DNA of 64,000 nucleotides from an uncultured Gemmatimonadales bacterium (GCA_963729985.1 CAVSPJ010000008.1:652705-716704), one strand, 5' to 3'. Numbered from the stretch's first letter, positions 7,442-16,834 are shown. A program made the numbers and translations. The notes: generated by a model from the letters alone, not told the origin.

Positions 7442-8029
7442 ATGACTGACATCGTCTATCATCTGAACGCTGACGACGAAATTGTCCTGGTAAATGAAGC
7501 CTGGTCGCGCTTCGCGTCCGCAAACGGCGGTGAAGCCGCGATGGCGCCCATGGTGCTGCACCGGCGTCTCTGGGGCTTCATCGCCGACCCGCCCACCCGG
7601 CATATCTACCACACGCTGTTTAAACGGGTCCGCTCTGGCGGCGAGACCATTCGTCTGACCTTTCGCTGCGATGCGCCGGCGCTCCGGCGCTTGCATGAGC
7701 TCGAAGTCGCACCTCGCGAGGGCGGGGGGATTGGGTGCCGCGTGCATCAGCTTGCCGTGCAGCAACGTGACCCGGTCGTGCTGCTCGACCCCGCACAGCC
7801 ACGGGCGGATCAGCTCATCCGGATCTGCGGTTGGTGCAAGCGGATCGCCACCCAGGATGGTGCCTGGCTGCACCTGGAGGACGCCGTGACTCGCTCCAAC
7901 CTGTTTGTCGACCAGTTTCCACCCGAGCTGACCCACGGGATCTGCCCCGACTGTCATCGGGTGTTCGGCGCAGTCGCGAAGGGGGAGCCTTTTGAGGCTG
8001 CGGGGCAGGCCGTCATGGGTGGGCTCTAG
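7442..8029 (+). CDS. PAS-like protein with a C-terminal CxWC...HGICPDC motif
   Basis: 195 aa from ATG 7442. C-terminus is ...RICGWCKRIATQDGAWLHLE...THGICPDCH. Confidence 0.55.
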   Translation: MTDIVYHLNADDEIVLVNEAWSRFASANGGEAAMAPMVLHRRLWGFIADPPTRHIYHTLFKRVRSGGETIRLTFRCDAPALRRLHELEVAPREGGGIGCRVHQLAVQQRDPVVLLDPAQPRADQLIRICGWCKRIATQDGAWLHLEDAVTRSNLFVDQFPPELTHGICPDCHRVFGAVAKGEPFEAAGQAVMGGL

Positions 8030-8125
8030 GTGCGCGGGCGGTGTATCAGGTCCGCTGGTCCACTGCCCGCCCGCGGCCTCGCAGCACTGGAGAGCACCCG
8101 CGGCTGATGCGCATGATCGTCGGGC
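8022..8125 (+). repeat. attC-like site
   Basis: Right arm CGGCTGATGCGCATGATC plus GTCGGGC (8119-8125). The left core is not clearly defined. Confidence 0.45.
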
Positions 8126-8159
8126 GTCGGCCAACCCTTCGTTGAAAGGTCGGGCTGCC

Positions 8160-8735
8160 GTGATCCCTGACCTTCGGGATACGATCCTCAACACCTGGCG
8201 GACCAACAATCGGGTGACGGTCTTCCTGGTCGAGCACCTGCCGCCTGCGCTGTGGGCAGGCATTCTCCCTGGCGCGCCCCGCCGCACGATCCGCATGATC
8301 GCGGGCCACCTTCACAATGCGCGCTGCATGTGGATCAAGACCTTGGGTCAGGAGCTGGGGGTCACCGTGCCCCGCAGCGTCGACCGACGGCGGGTCGGGC
8401 GCAAGGAGTTGGTTCCGGCGCTGGAACGGAGTAGCCGGGGCATCCTCCGCCTCCTCACCCTCGGCTGCGAGCAGGGCGGCAGGATTCCGATGGCGTCGAC
8501 CTACATCTGGCGTAATCTTCCGCTCGACGTGGGGCACGTGCTGGCCTATTTCGTGGCGCACGAGGCCCACCACCGCGGCCAGATTGTCTGGGCGGCGCGG
8601 GCGTTGGACTCTCGACTGCCATCGGCGGTCACCGGCGGCCTGTGGCAGTGGACGAAGCGTGCCAGGGAGGCAGCCCCGAGCAGCGCTAATGCCCTGTCGT
8701 CTAACCGCGCCGGCCGTATTGGAGATGAACCCTAG
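8160..8735 (+). CDS. DinB family protein
   Basis: ...NRVTVFLVEHLPPALW...IAGHLHNARCMWI...YFVAHEAHHRGQIV. Start is GTG 8160 or TTG 8142. Confidence 0.7.
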   Translation: MIPDLRDTILNTWRTNNRVTVFLVEHLPPALWAGILPGAPRRTIRMIAGHLHNARCMWIKTLGQELGVTVPRSVDRRRVGRKELVPALERSSRGILRLLTLGCEQGGRIPMASTYIWRNLPLDVGHVLAYFVAHEAHHRGQIVWAARALDSRLPSAVTGGLWQWTKRAREAAPSSANALSSNRAGRIGDEP

Positions 8736-8743
8736 GGTGAGGC
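8699..8743 (+). repeat. very short attC-like remnant
   Basis: GTCTAAC-CGCGCCGGCC...GTGAGGC. At 45 bp it is below the normal attC size. Confidence 0.3.
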
Positions 8744-8748
8744 TCGGC

Positions 8749-9976
8749 ATGATCCCCGTCAACGGTCTTCTCGCAGCTGCCCTTTTCGCAGGTCTGGCGT
8801 GCCGCTCCCGCCCGGCTGAGCAGGCCACCGCGACGGCGGAGTATCTGTATCTCTGGACAGCCTCCACCGACTCCACCCAGGCCGACTTTCTCGCCGTACT
8901 CGACGTCACCGAAGCTCCGCCCGCTACGGCCACCTCGTCACCACGCTTGCCGGTGCCCGGCCACCGAAACAGGCCGCATCACACCGAGCACGAGATGCCG
9001 GCCGATCATCAGCTCTTCGCCAACGGCTTCGGGTCGGGGAAGACCTTCATCTTCGACCTGACCGATCCGACGCGTCCGCGTCTCGCCGAACAGTTCGGCG
9101 ACGTCGAGGATTACACCCACCCACATTCGTTTCTCCGGCTCCCCGACGGGCACGTGCTCGCGACCTTCCAGATGCGGCATCAGCCCACCGGGATGACGCT
9201 GGCGTGGACTGGTCGAGTTGACCCCCGCCGGCCAGCCGTCCGCTCCCGTTCGGCAGACACCCCTGGCCTCGATCCGGAGACCCGGGTCTACAGCGCCGGC
9301 GTCGTGCCTGCGCTCGACCGGATCGTGAGCGACCACGACCGACATGGCCGACGACTCCCCAGCCTCGCGCCAACTCCAGATCTGGCGGCTCTCCGACCTG
9401 GCACTGCTCCACACCATCACTCTGCCCGACGGCCCGGCCGGCGACGAGTCCAGGTTGACCGCGGAACCGCGAGTCCTGGCCGACGGCCGCACCGTCCTGG
9501 TCTCCACCTTCGCCTGCGGTCTCTACCTGATGGAGGGACTGGCGAGCGACGACGCCCTCGGCACGCCTGGTGGCTTCGTTCCCCCGTAAGCCAGGAACCT
9601 ACTGCGCCATCCCGATCGTCTCGGGGCACTACTACCTGGTGACGGTGCCCGCCTGGAACGCCGTGGTGAGCCTGGACATCAGCGACCCGTCCTCGCCGCG
9701 TGAGGCTGGCCGGGTCATCCTCGGCCCGGGACGTGCCGCCACTGGATCGCCATCTCAGCGGACCAGCGACGCGTCGTGATCACCGGCTACGGCGGCATGG
9801 AGCATCGCGTCATGATCGCGCGCTTCGACTCCGCGACCGGCCAGTTGGAGATCGATGAGCGATTTCGGGCGGAGGGAGTGACCCAACCCGGATTCCGAAT
9901 GGACGACAAGACCTGGCCCCACGGTGGGAAAGCGAAGGGGATACCGCACGGCGCCGTGTTCAGCCGCCGGCCGTAG
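8749..9976 (+). pseudogene. SBP56 (selenium-binding protein)-like beta-propeller lipoprotein, multiply frameshifted
   Basis: Family-like segments lie in three frames: YLYLWTASTDSTQADFLAVLDV...HHTEHEMPADHQLFANGF...HPHSFLRLPDGHVLATFQ; then GLVELTPAGQP; VRSRSADTPGLDPETRVYSAGVVPALDRIV; then ORFs 9344-9589, 9570-9779 and 9776-9976. Confidence 0.55.
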
Positions 9977-10018
9977 ATTGTCACCGATCCTTTGCAGCTG
10001 ATGCGCGTGTCGTCGGAC
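9974..10018 (+). repeat. short attC-like remnant
   Basis: GTAGATT...TTGCAGCTGATGCGCGTGTC-GTCGGAC. The right arm matches the family consensus. 45 bp. Confidence 0.4.
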
Positions 10019-10040
10019 CGCACGCTCCTGGGAGGGCACC

Positions 10041-10325
10041 ATGGTCATCGTCCGGAACATCTTCATCGCCAAACCCGGCAACGCGAGCAAGCTCGCTGCC
10101 CAGTTCAAGAGCGCCGCCGCCGCCGCGAAGCGTCCCAAGCATCGCGTGCTCACCGATCTGACCGGTGAGTTCAATCGGGTCGTGCTGGAGTACGAGGTGG
10201 ACAGCGTCAGCGGGTTCGAGGCGCAAATGAAGGACTACGCCACCAATGAGGCGATGCGCGCGGTATTGAAGGGCTACACCGACTTGTGGGTCACCGGCCA
10301 CCGCGAGCTCCTGCAAACGGCCTAA
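10041..10325 (+). CDS. hypothetical small protein (dimeric alpha/beta-barrel-like)
   Basis: 94-aa ORF, MVIVRNIFIAKPGNASKLAAQFK...RVLTDLTGEFNRVVLEYEVDSVSGFE. Starts 23 nt after the attC-like core. Confidence 0.55.
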   Translation: MVIVRNIFIAKPGNASKLAAQFKSAAAAAKRPKHRVLTDLTGEFNRVVLEYEVDSVSGFEAQMKDYATNEAMRAVLKGYTDLWVTGHRELLQTA

Positions 10326-10608
10326 GGTACCCCACACGCTTCTGCTGGTGGCCCCGACACGCGATCGCTTTCCGCCCGCGAGCTGCGCTCTGGCTGCGCG
10401 GCGGCGATCAGATCGCGGCCTACGCTCGTACAATAAAGACTCCATCACGGTCCCTTCCCACCCGTTTCATCCCTCTTGCCACATCCTCCCTCACCACACC
10501 CGGTGCGGCGGAGGGCGCCGGCAACCGCCAACCGTTGGACGGCACCAGGCGTGGCAAGCTGGCGGAGCTTCTGCCGGCTTGCAGGGAATCTTCTTGCAGG
10601 AGGTCCAG

Positions 10609-10988
10609 ATGTCCGTAACGATGCCCTTCGAACCCATTGCCGCGGTGTTCGAGCGTAACCTCAACATTCGTCACGTCTATGCCGAGCCGGTGCACCACGG
10701 GGACACCACCGTCATTCCGGTTGCCAAGGTCGCGTACGGTTTCGGTGCAGGAGGCGGCCGTCGGCCGGCTTCCGGTTCGGCGGAGATGGCAAGCTCGACC
10801 GGCGAAGCCGGCGAGGCCGAAGCCCAGGGTGGCGGTGGTGGTGGGGGGGCTGGCTGACTCCGATCGGGGCCCTGGAGGTCGGGTCGCGCGGCACGCGCTT
10901 TATCCGCTACAATCAGGTGTCGCGGCTGACCGGAGCCTTCGCACTCGGACTGGGAGCGGGCGTTGTCCTCGCATCGCGACTCCGCTGA
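10609..10988 (+). pseudogene. YtfJ/GerW family protein interrupted at a G8 run
   Basis: N-terminus ...HVYAEPVHHGDTTVIPVAKVAYGFGAGGG... runs to a stop at 10857. The C-terminus LTPIGALEVGSRGTRFIRYNQ...ASRLR* continues in another frame after GGGGGGGG (10843-10850). Confidence 0.6.
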
Positions 10989-11027
10989 GACCGTGAGCCG
11001 ACAGGCCGGTGGGGCAAGGAGGCGCAG

Positions 11028-11246
11028 ATGACAATCGGAACATGGGCCGACTCGTTCTGTATGCCCGGACTGGGCACGACCCTGTCGGTCGGCCCGACGG
11101 TGACCCTTGTCCCCGGAGCTGGCCAGGCTGTGAGGGGTGTCGGGGACGAGGCGAGTGGCGCACCTACCGTCGGCTGCCGGCCCGGAGCGACGACAATCCG
11201 GAAACCATGCCGGCGCACGGCGCACCGGGGTTCCAGAATCGGCTGA
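11028..11246 (+). CDS. hypothetical small protein (uncertain)
   Basis: 72-aa ORF with a strong SD AAGGAGG (11016-11022) 5 nt upstream of the ATG. No family recognised. Confidence 0.3.
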   Translation: MTIGTWADSFCMPGLGTTLSVGPTVTLVPGAGQAVRGVGDEASGAPTVGCRPGATTIRKPCRRTAHRGSRIG

Positions 11247-11281
11247 CGCGGGCTCCGTAAGGCCTCTACAGGGAGATTCAG

Positions 11282-11485
11282 GTGCCCAGGAGTCCCGATT
11301 CGCCCGGGGTCGTGGTGTTCCCGCCCGCTCTGTTCGGCGGTGCGCTCGTCCTCGGCCTGGTCGTCCACTGGCTTTGGCCGGTCTCGATACTTCCGTCGTT
11401 GGTGGCCCGTGTGCTGGGCATTGTCGTCCTCGTCGTCAGTGGGCCGGGGCCGCATCCGAAGGTTCGTTCTTCAGTTATTCAATAG
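11282..11485 (+). pseudogene. N-terminal fragment of an ICMT/phospholipid-methyltransferase-family membrane protein
   Basis: ...GVVVFPPALFGGALVLGLVVHWLWP... is a typical N-terminus, but the ORF ends after 67 aa. Full-length proteins are about 150-180 aa. Confidence 0.4.
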
Positions 11486-11496
11486 GAGCCGTCAGG

Positions 11497-11831
11497 ATGC
11501 ACCGTGTCCGGCAGCAAGACCTGCCATTTCAGGGCAGCGCTCACCAATTCGTCGGTGCCGAGAACGGCGACGCAACATCTCCGCATTCCTCCTCAGCGCA
11601 CTCCCCGGTCGCGGTCCAGGGCCGCATCGGCATCCGTATGACGAAGTCCAGTTCGTCCGGGAAGGGCGGGGCCTCTGGACGGTCAATGGCGAGGAATTCG
11701 AAGCCGGGGCGGGTGACATTCTCGTCATCAAAGCCGGGGAGATCCATGGCTTCCGCTGTATTGGCGACGCGCCCCTGGTGCAGGTCGATGTACACCTGAG
11801 TCCCCGCTTCATTCAGGAGAATCTGCCCTAG
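11497..11831 (+). pseudogene. cupin-domain protein with one frameshift
   Basis: MHRVRQQDLPFQGSAHQFVGAENGDA (frame 1, SD AGGAG) joins ISAFLLSALPGRGPGPHRHPYDEVQFVREGRG...GEIHGF (frame 0) near 11570-11578. Confidence 0.6.
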
Positions 11832-11915
11832 GCGACTCGGTCCTGCGACGGACCCCCATTCGCAGGGTGCCGCAATGCACATGCCCCAGAATCCCGACGC
11901 GAATATCCGCGGTTT

Positions 11916-12380
11916 CTAGCGCCGATCGATGCGCGCGATGAAGCAGCCGGCCTCCGCATTGCGCAGGTGGGCGTAGCGCACGTTCTGGTCCTCGAAGACG
12001 CCCTCCAGAACGGCCTCGAAGGGCGACGTGCCGACCCGGCGCTGAACCAGGAGCGTACCGCTCCCACCGTAGCCATCGAGGGCCAGCGGCAGGGGGCGAA
12101 GGGTCTGGGGCAAGGTGGAAGCGTCATACCGCTCACAGCGCGCACGATGGATGAAGACCGGACCCGGCGCTGGCAGGGCCTCGGGATCGGTGAACGGCTG
12201 GTAGGTAAAGAGCAGCCGTTCGTCCGTGCCCACCTCGAACGTCCGCAGGCAGAGACGGCACGGGCCATACCCGGTAGCCTTCTCGGCATGGATGGGGTGA
12301 TTGTAGTGGGGCGATCGCATGGAGGCCCTCGCGGCGGTCGCGATCGCGTCAGGAATGCCCTGAATTCGGTAGGAGCGCAT
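11916..12380 (-). CDS. DUF1203 family protein
   Basis: MRSYRIQGIP...HPIHAEKATGYGPCRLCLRTF...LLFTYQPF...GPVFIHRARC. Confidence 0.6.
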   Translation of the reverse strand: MRSYRIQGIPDAIATAARASMRSPHYNHPIHAEKATGYGPCRLCLRTFEVGTDERLLFTYQPFTDPEALPAPGPVFIHRARCERYDASTLPQTLRPLPLALDGYGGSGTLLVQRRVGTSPFEAVLEGVFEDQNVRYAHLRNAEAGCFIARIDRR

Positions 12381-12446
12381 GGTCGTTCTCGAAAGAGGTG
12401 CGACCACTGTAAGGGAGGTGGGCTCGATTCGCACTCCGAATCTTGC

Positions 12447-12488
12447 GCTTAAATTCGGGGCTGCCCGCAGCTGTAGAAGGAGTCAGGC
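12447..12488 (+). repeat. short attC-like remnant
   Basis: GCTTAAA...GCCCGCAGCTGTAGAAGGA-GTCAGGC lies directly before ATG 12489 and resembles the right half of the 4174-4237 site. Confidence 0.3.
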
Positions 12489-13127
12489 ATGGCTGAGCCG
12501 GGTCCATTGCTGACCGCCGCATGGCGCTACCTCGCCATGATCAACTACGAGGTGCCGGCGCGACTGCTGGGCCCGTTGGTGCCCGCCGGGACCGAGCTCG
12601 ACACCTGGGGTGGGGCCACTCTCGCCAGCATGGTCGGTTTTCGGTTTCTGAACACCCGGGTCCTGGGGATACCGATTCCGGGGCATCGCAATTTCGACGA
12701 AGTCAACCTCCGCTTCTACGTCCGTCGCCGTGTGGAGGACGGCGCCTGGCGGCGAGCCGTGGTCTTCGTTCGCGAGTTCGTGCCGCGACGTGCGATTGCC
12801 AGCGTGGCTCGATGGCTCTACAACGAGCCCTACACGGCGGTGCCCATGCGGCATGAACTGGAGATGGCCGACGCCGCCAACGGGCAGGCAGGGCGCGCGG
12901 CCTACGCGTGGCGCCTGGGGGGGCGCTGGCACCGCCTCGAAGTGAGGACCCGGGGACGGGCCGCGCTGCCCGATCCAGGTTCCGAGGCGGCGTTCATCAC
13001 CGAGCACTACTGGGGCTATACGGCCCAGCGCGATGGCGGGTCGAAAGAATATCGGGTGGAGCATCGGCCGTGGTGGGTTTGGGAGGCCGAGGGGGCGGAG
13101 TTCGACTGTGATGTGCGAGACGTGTAG
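12489..13127 (+). CDS. DUF2071 family protein
   Basis: ...WRYLAMINYEVPARLLGPLVPAGTELD...MVGFRFLNTRVLGIPIPGHRNFDEVNLRFYV... Confidence 0.7.
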   Translation: MAEPGPLLTAAWRYLAMINYEVPARLLGPLVPAGTELDTWGGATLASMVGFRFLNTRVLGIPIPGHRNFDEVNLRFYVRRRVEDGAWRRAVVFVREFVPRRAIASVARWLYNEPYTAVPMRHELEMADAANGQAGRAAYAWRLGGRWHRLEVRTRGRAALPDPGSEAAFITEHYWGYTAQRDGGSKEYRVEHRPWWVWEAEGAEFDCDVRDV

Positions 13128-13242
13128 GGAGCGGGCTTCGCGGAGTGTTTGAGCCGGCCCCGCTCGGCATTCGTGGCAGACGGCTCCGCGGTTGCCGTGT
13201 ATGCCGGCCGGCGCCTCAAGGGGTTGGGGTCCGGGGAGGTCC

Positions 13243-13554
13243 TCAGTGTGGCGTGATTGCGCGTTCCTGGGCGCCGTCCGAGGGAACCAGTCGCACCCGG
13301 GAGGGATCCTGGTGCAAGACGCGTTCGGTGAAGTCCTGTCGCTCCTGTAGCTCACTCAGCTCCTGACGCAACATGGCACACTCGTCCTCGACTGCCCGAA
13401 GCTTATCTTCAGTTTCCGGGCCGAGGCCAGGCGTACCAGACAAGCGCCGCTCGAGAAATCGTGCCATTGCCAGCCCCACGCGTCCCAGTACCAGCGCCGT
13501 GGTGCCGGCGAAGACCAATTGCATGATGTCCACGGGGTCCATCGAAGACTCCAT
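13243..13554 (-). CDS. hypothetical TM plus coiled-coil protein (paralog A)
   Basis: N-terminal TM followed by ...LRAVEDECAMLRQELSELQERQDFTERVL. Confidence 0.5.
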   Translation of the reverse strand: MESSMDPVDIMQLVFAGTTALVLGRVGLAMARFLERRLSGTPGLGPETEDKLRAVEDECAMLRQELSELQERQDFTERVLHQDPSRVRLVPSDGAQERAITPH

Positions 13555-13649
13555 CTTGGAGAGGGACCGTTATCAGCCAGTGACCAGCAGGACGATGCAG
13601 GCGCGCGCCGCAGCCGGGGCGCCGGACGTCAGGCGGCTCGAAGGCCATC

Positions 13650-13964
13650 CTACTCGATACGAGGAGCCGGCTCAACCTTGATGAGCTCTCGAGGATGTGT
13701 CACCCCCTGCGCCAGGAGACGCTCCGCGAAAACGACCCGCTCGTGGGTTTCGGCGAGTTGAGTCTTGAGCAGGACGATCTCCTCGCGGAGCCCCTCGAGC
13801 TGTGCTTCAAAGTCCGGGTGGCTGAAATCGCCCGCGATACGTTTGGCTATGGCGCCACCGAGTCGAGAGCGCGAGAGCAGGAGCAGCCCTCCGACGGAGA
13901 GCCCCAGAACGGGGATCAGTACGCCAAGTAGGCTCTTGAGCGCCAGTACGAGGTCCGTGCTCAT
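13650..13964 (-). CDS. hypothetical TM plus coiled-coil protein (paralog B)
   Basis: Same architecture as 13243-13554: TM followed by ...LEGLREEIVLLKTQLAETHERVVFAERLL. Confidence 0.5.
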   Translation of the reverse strand: MSTDLVLALKSLLGVLIPVLGLSVGGLLLLSRSRLGGAIAKRIAGDFSHPDFEAQLEGLREEIVLLKTQLAETHERVVFAERLLAQGVTHPRELIKVEPAPRIE

Positions 13965-13972
13965 GACGCTTC

Positions 13973-14146
13973 ATGACGGGTGGAGTGGCTCAGTGGTTTC
14001 AAGTAGCAACGCCGGTGTCCCTGACGTACACCGTGGCCGGGGAAGGCAATACGCAACTCTACGAGATCGTGACCGGCCGACTCATTGACCAATATGACAC
14101 TGACGACTCCCGGCCCCCCTGGGTGGCAGCCCTGGAGGCCTCATGA
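13973..14146 (+). CDS. hypothetical 57-aa cassette ORF (uncertain)
   Basis: ATG 13973 to TGA 14144-14146. The stop lies inside the R''-like TCATGAC of the following attC. Below the track's size cutoff. Confidence 0.3.
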   Translation: MTGGVAQWFQVATPVSLTYTVAGEGNTQLYEIVTGRLIDQYDTDDSRPPWVAALEAS

Positions 14147-14230
14147 CCTCGGGCCGCGGCTCGAGTGCCGGGGGTCGCCGGTGGGTGTGCGCGGGGCTTG
14201 ACGGCGTGCCGCGAATGCGCCAGTCGTTAG
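14141..14230 (+). repeat. attC site truncated in its R' core by an IS insertion
   Basis: Right arm ATGCGCCAGTCGTTAG matches ATGCGCCAATCGTTAG of the 868-1008 site. The core stops at GTTAG, and the missing GCGGAC is found at 15454-15459. Confidence 0.65.
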
Positions 14231-15453
<1,223 letters not shown>

Positions 15454-15568
15454 GCGGACCGAGACCGGGGCCACCCCTGTTCATCGCCGATCAGGGCGGT
15501 GCGTGGTTTTGAGGGATTTGAGCGCCACCTGGACTGCCGTGCGGAGGAGGTCCGAGGTGTATCTGGCG

Positions 15569-16027
15569 ATGAAGACCCTGCACGTCCTCGCGGTGGTCCT
15601 CTTCCTGGGGAACATCATCACCGGCCTCTTCTGGAAGGCCCACGGTGATCGGTCGGCCGACCCTCGCATCATCGCCCATACCCTCGAGGGCATCATGCGG
15701 AGTGACCGATGGTTCACTCTTCCTGGGGTGGTGCTCATCGTGGCGTTCGGGACCGCGGCAGCCGTTCTAGGCCGGCTCCCCATCCTGGGGACCGGGTGGA
15801 TCTGGCAGTCGATCCTCCTGTTCAGCATCTCGGGACTGGCATTCATGCTCCGGGTTGCGCCGCTGCAGCGCCGTCTGTGGGCGGTAGCCTCGGCGGGGAT
15901 CAGTGGCGGGGGGTGGGACGAGGAAGCCTACCGTCGACTTTCGCGCCGGTGGGAGTTCTGGGGCCTCGTGGCGATCGTGACGCCCTTGGCGGCATTGGGT
16001 TTGATGGTCTACAAACCCGGATCGTGA
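15569..16027 (+). CDS. DUF2269 family membrane protein
   Basis: MKTLHVLAVVLFLGNIITGLFWKAH... with 4 TM segments. Confidence 0.65.
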   Translation: MKTLHVLAVVLFLGNIITGLFWKAHGDRSADPRIIAHTLEGIMRSDRWFTLPGVVLIVAFGTAAAVLGRLPILGTGWIWQSILLFSISGLAFMLRVAPLQRRLWAVASAGISGGGWDEEAYRRLSRRWEFWGLVAIVTPLAALGLMVYKPGS

Positions 16028-16037
16028 CCGCCGCGGC

Positions 16038-16108
16038 GGGTAACCCATGCTGCTCGCGTAGGTCGATGCGGGGCGCGGGGCCCGCTGATCGACTCCTCGA
16101 GGAGAGGC
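16038..16108 (+). repeat. degenerate attC-like element
   Basis: GGGTAAC-CCATGCTGC...CGTAGGT...GGGCCCGCTGATCGAC...GAGAGGC resembles the family arms, but both cores are imperfect. Confidence 0.3.
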
Positions 16109-16109
16109 C

Positions 16110-16358
16110 ATGAGCTGGTATTGGCTGGCGGCGATCGCCGCCGTCGTGCTGTTGAGCCTGGTGAGCCGCCGCGGCGAGCGGCACACGACCAGGAACCTGC
16201 GGTCGGGGGATGCGGCGCCGTCCCCGGAAGAAATCGATGCGCTGCTGCGGGCCGGGCGGAAGATCGACGCGATCAAGCAGTACCGGACGCTGCACCGGGT
16301 CGATCTCAAGACGGCGAAGGACGCGGTCGACGACCGGGCCCGGGAACTGGGCAGGTAG
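16110..16358 (+). CDS. small membrane protein with a ribosomal L7/L12 C-terminal-like domain
   Basis: TM segment followed by ...IDAIKQYRTLHRVDLKTAKDAVDD... Confidence 0.55.
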   Translation: MSWYWLAAIAAVVLLSLVSRRGERHTTRNLRSGDAAPSPEEIDALLRAGRKIDAIKQYRTLHRVDLKTAKDAVDDRARELGR

Positions 16359-16741
16359 CCGGGAGGCCGTTGGGGGACACTCTCGGTTTCGGAGATGCTG
16401 TGTCAGCTCGCGGATGCCTCCGCCAGCATGGTGAGTCGCGCCGGCGGTTCTGCCGACCGCTTCCGTACCGTGCGCGGGTGGCTGGCATTGTACACCAACC
16501 TCCCATGGCCGCACGGCCTGAGCACGCCTCTCAACGTGAACCCACGGCGCGAGGGGAGCCGTCCGGCAGAGTTCGAGCAGGATCGCGCGCGCGCCATCGC
16601 GGACCTGCGGGCGTTGGCCGCGGCACCAGCCAACGCGTTGCCGGGGGGGCGCACGGTCACCTTGGTGCGATGGACCAGCGAGACTGGCGGCGGTGGGGCT
16701 ACCGGCACACGGACCATCATCTTCGCCAGTTCGGGCTGTAG
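16359..16741 (+). pseudogene. DUF1569 family gene remnant (5'-truncated, frameshift in a G7 run)
   Basis: GRWGTLSVSEMLCQLAD... opens directly after the upstream stop with no start codon. The C-terminus AHGHLGAMDQRDWRRWGYRHTDHHLRQFGL* is in another frame after GGGGGGG (16643-16649). Confidence 0.55.
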
Positions 16742-16834
16742 CGTCAGCACCGGCAGCCGGCTGGCCGTGGCGGAAGCTCCGGCCGGTCGTTGGCCGAGGA
16801 TGAATCGAGCTCAGCGAGATCCCAGTGAGGTCCC

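Noticed and set aside
8317-9642. 441-aa ORF treated as a single gene
   Set aside because: It begins inside the DinB gene in a different frame. It is family-like only for 8749 to ~9200 and ~9240 to 9330, and the rest is out-of-frame read-through of the broken SBP56-like gene.
10319-10539. GCCTAAG at the stop of the 94-aa ORF paired with GTTGGAC 215 bp downstream, as a possible attC
   Set aside because: The spacing is longer than any confirmed site here, there is no conserved arm, and the interval shows no convincing hairpin by eye. It is left unannotated.
12483-13355. 290-aa - strand ORF, considered as a possible integron integrase because of its size and location
   Set aside because: It is antisense to a well-supported DUF2071 gene. 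It has no tyrosine-recombinase motifs (no R..H..R..Y pattern) and junk composition. No intI candidate exists anywhere in the window.
13985-14030. tRNA-like D-arm string GGCTCAGTGGTT
   Set aside because: No acceptor stem, anticodon arm or GTTCRA T-loop can be built around it. The region is better explained as a small cassette ORF.
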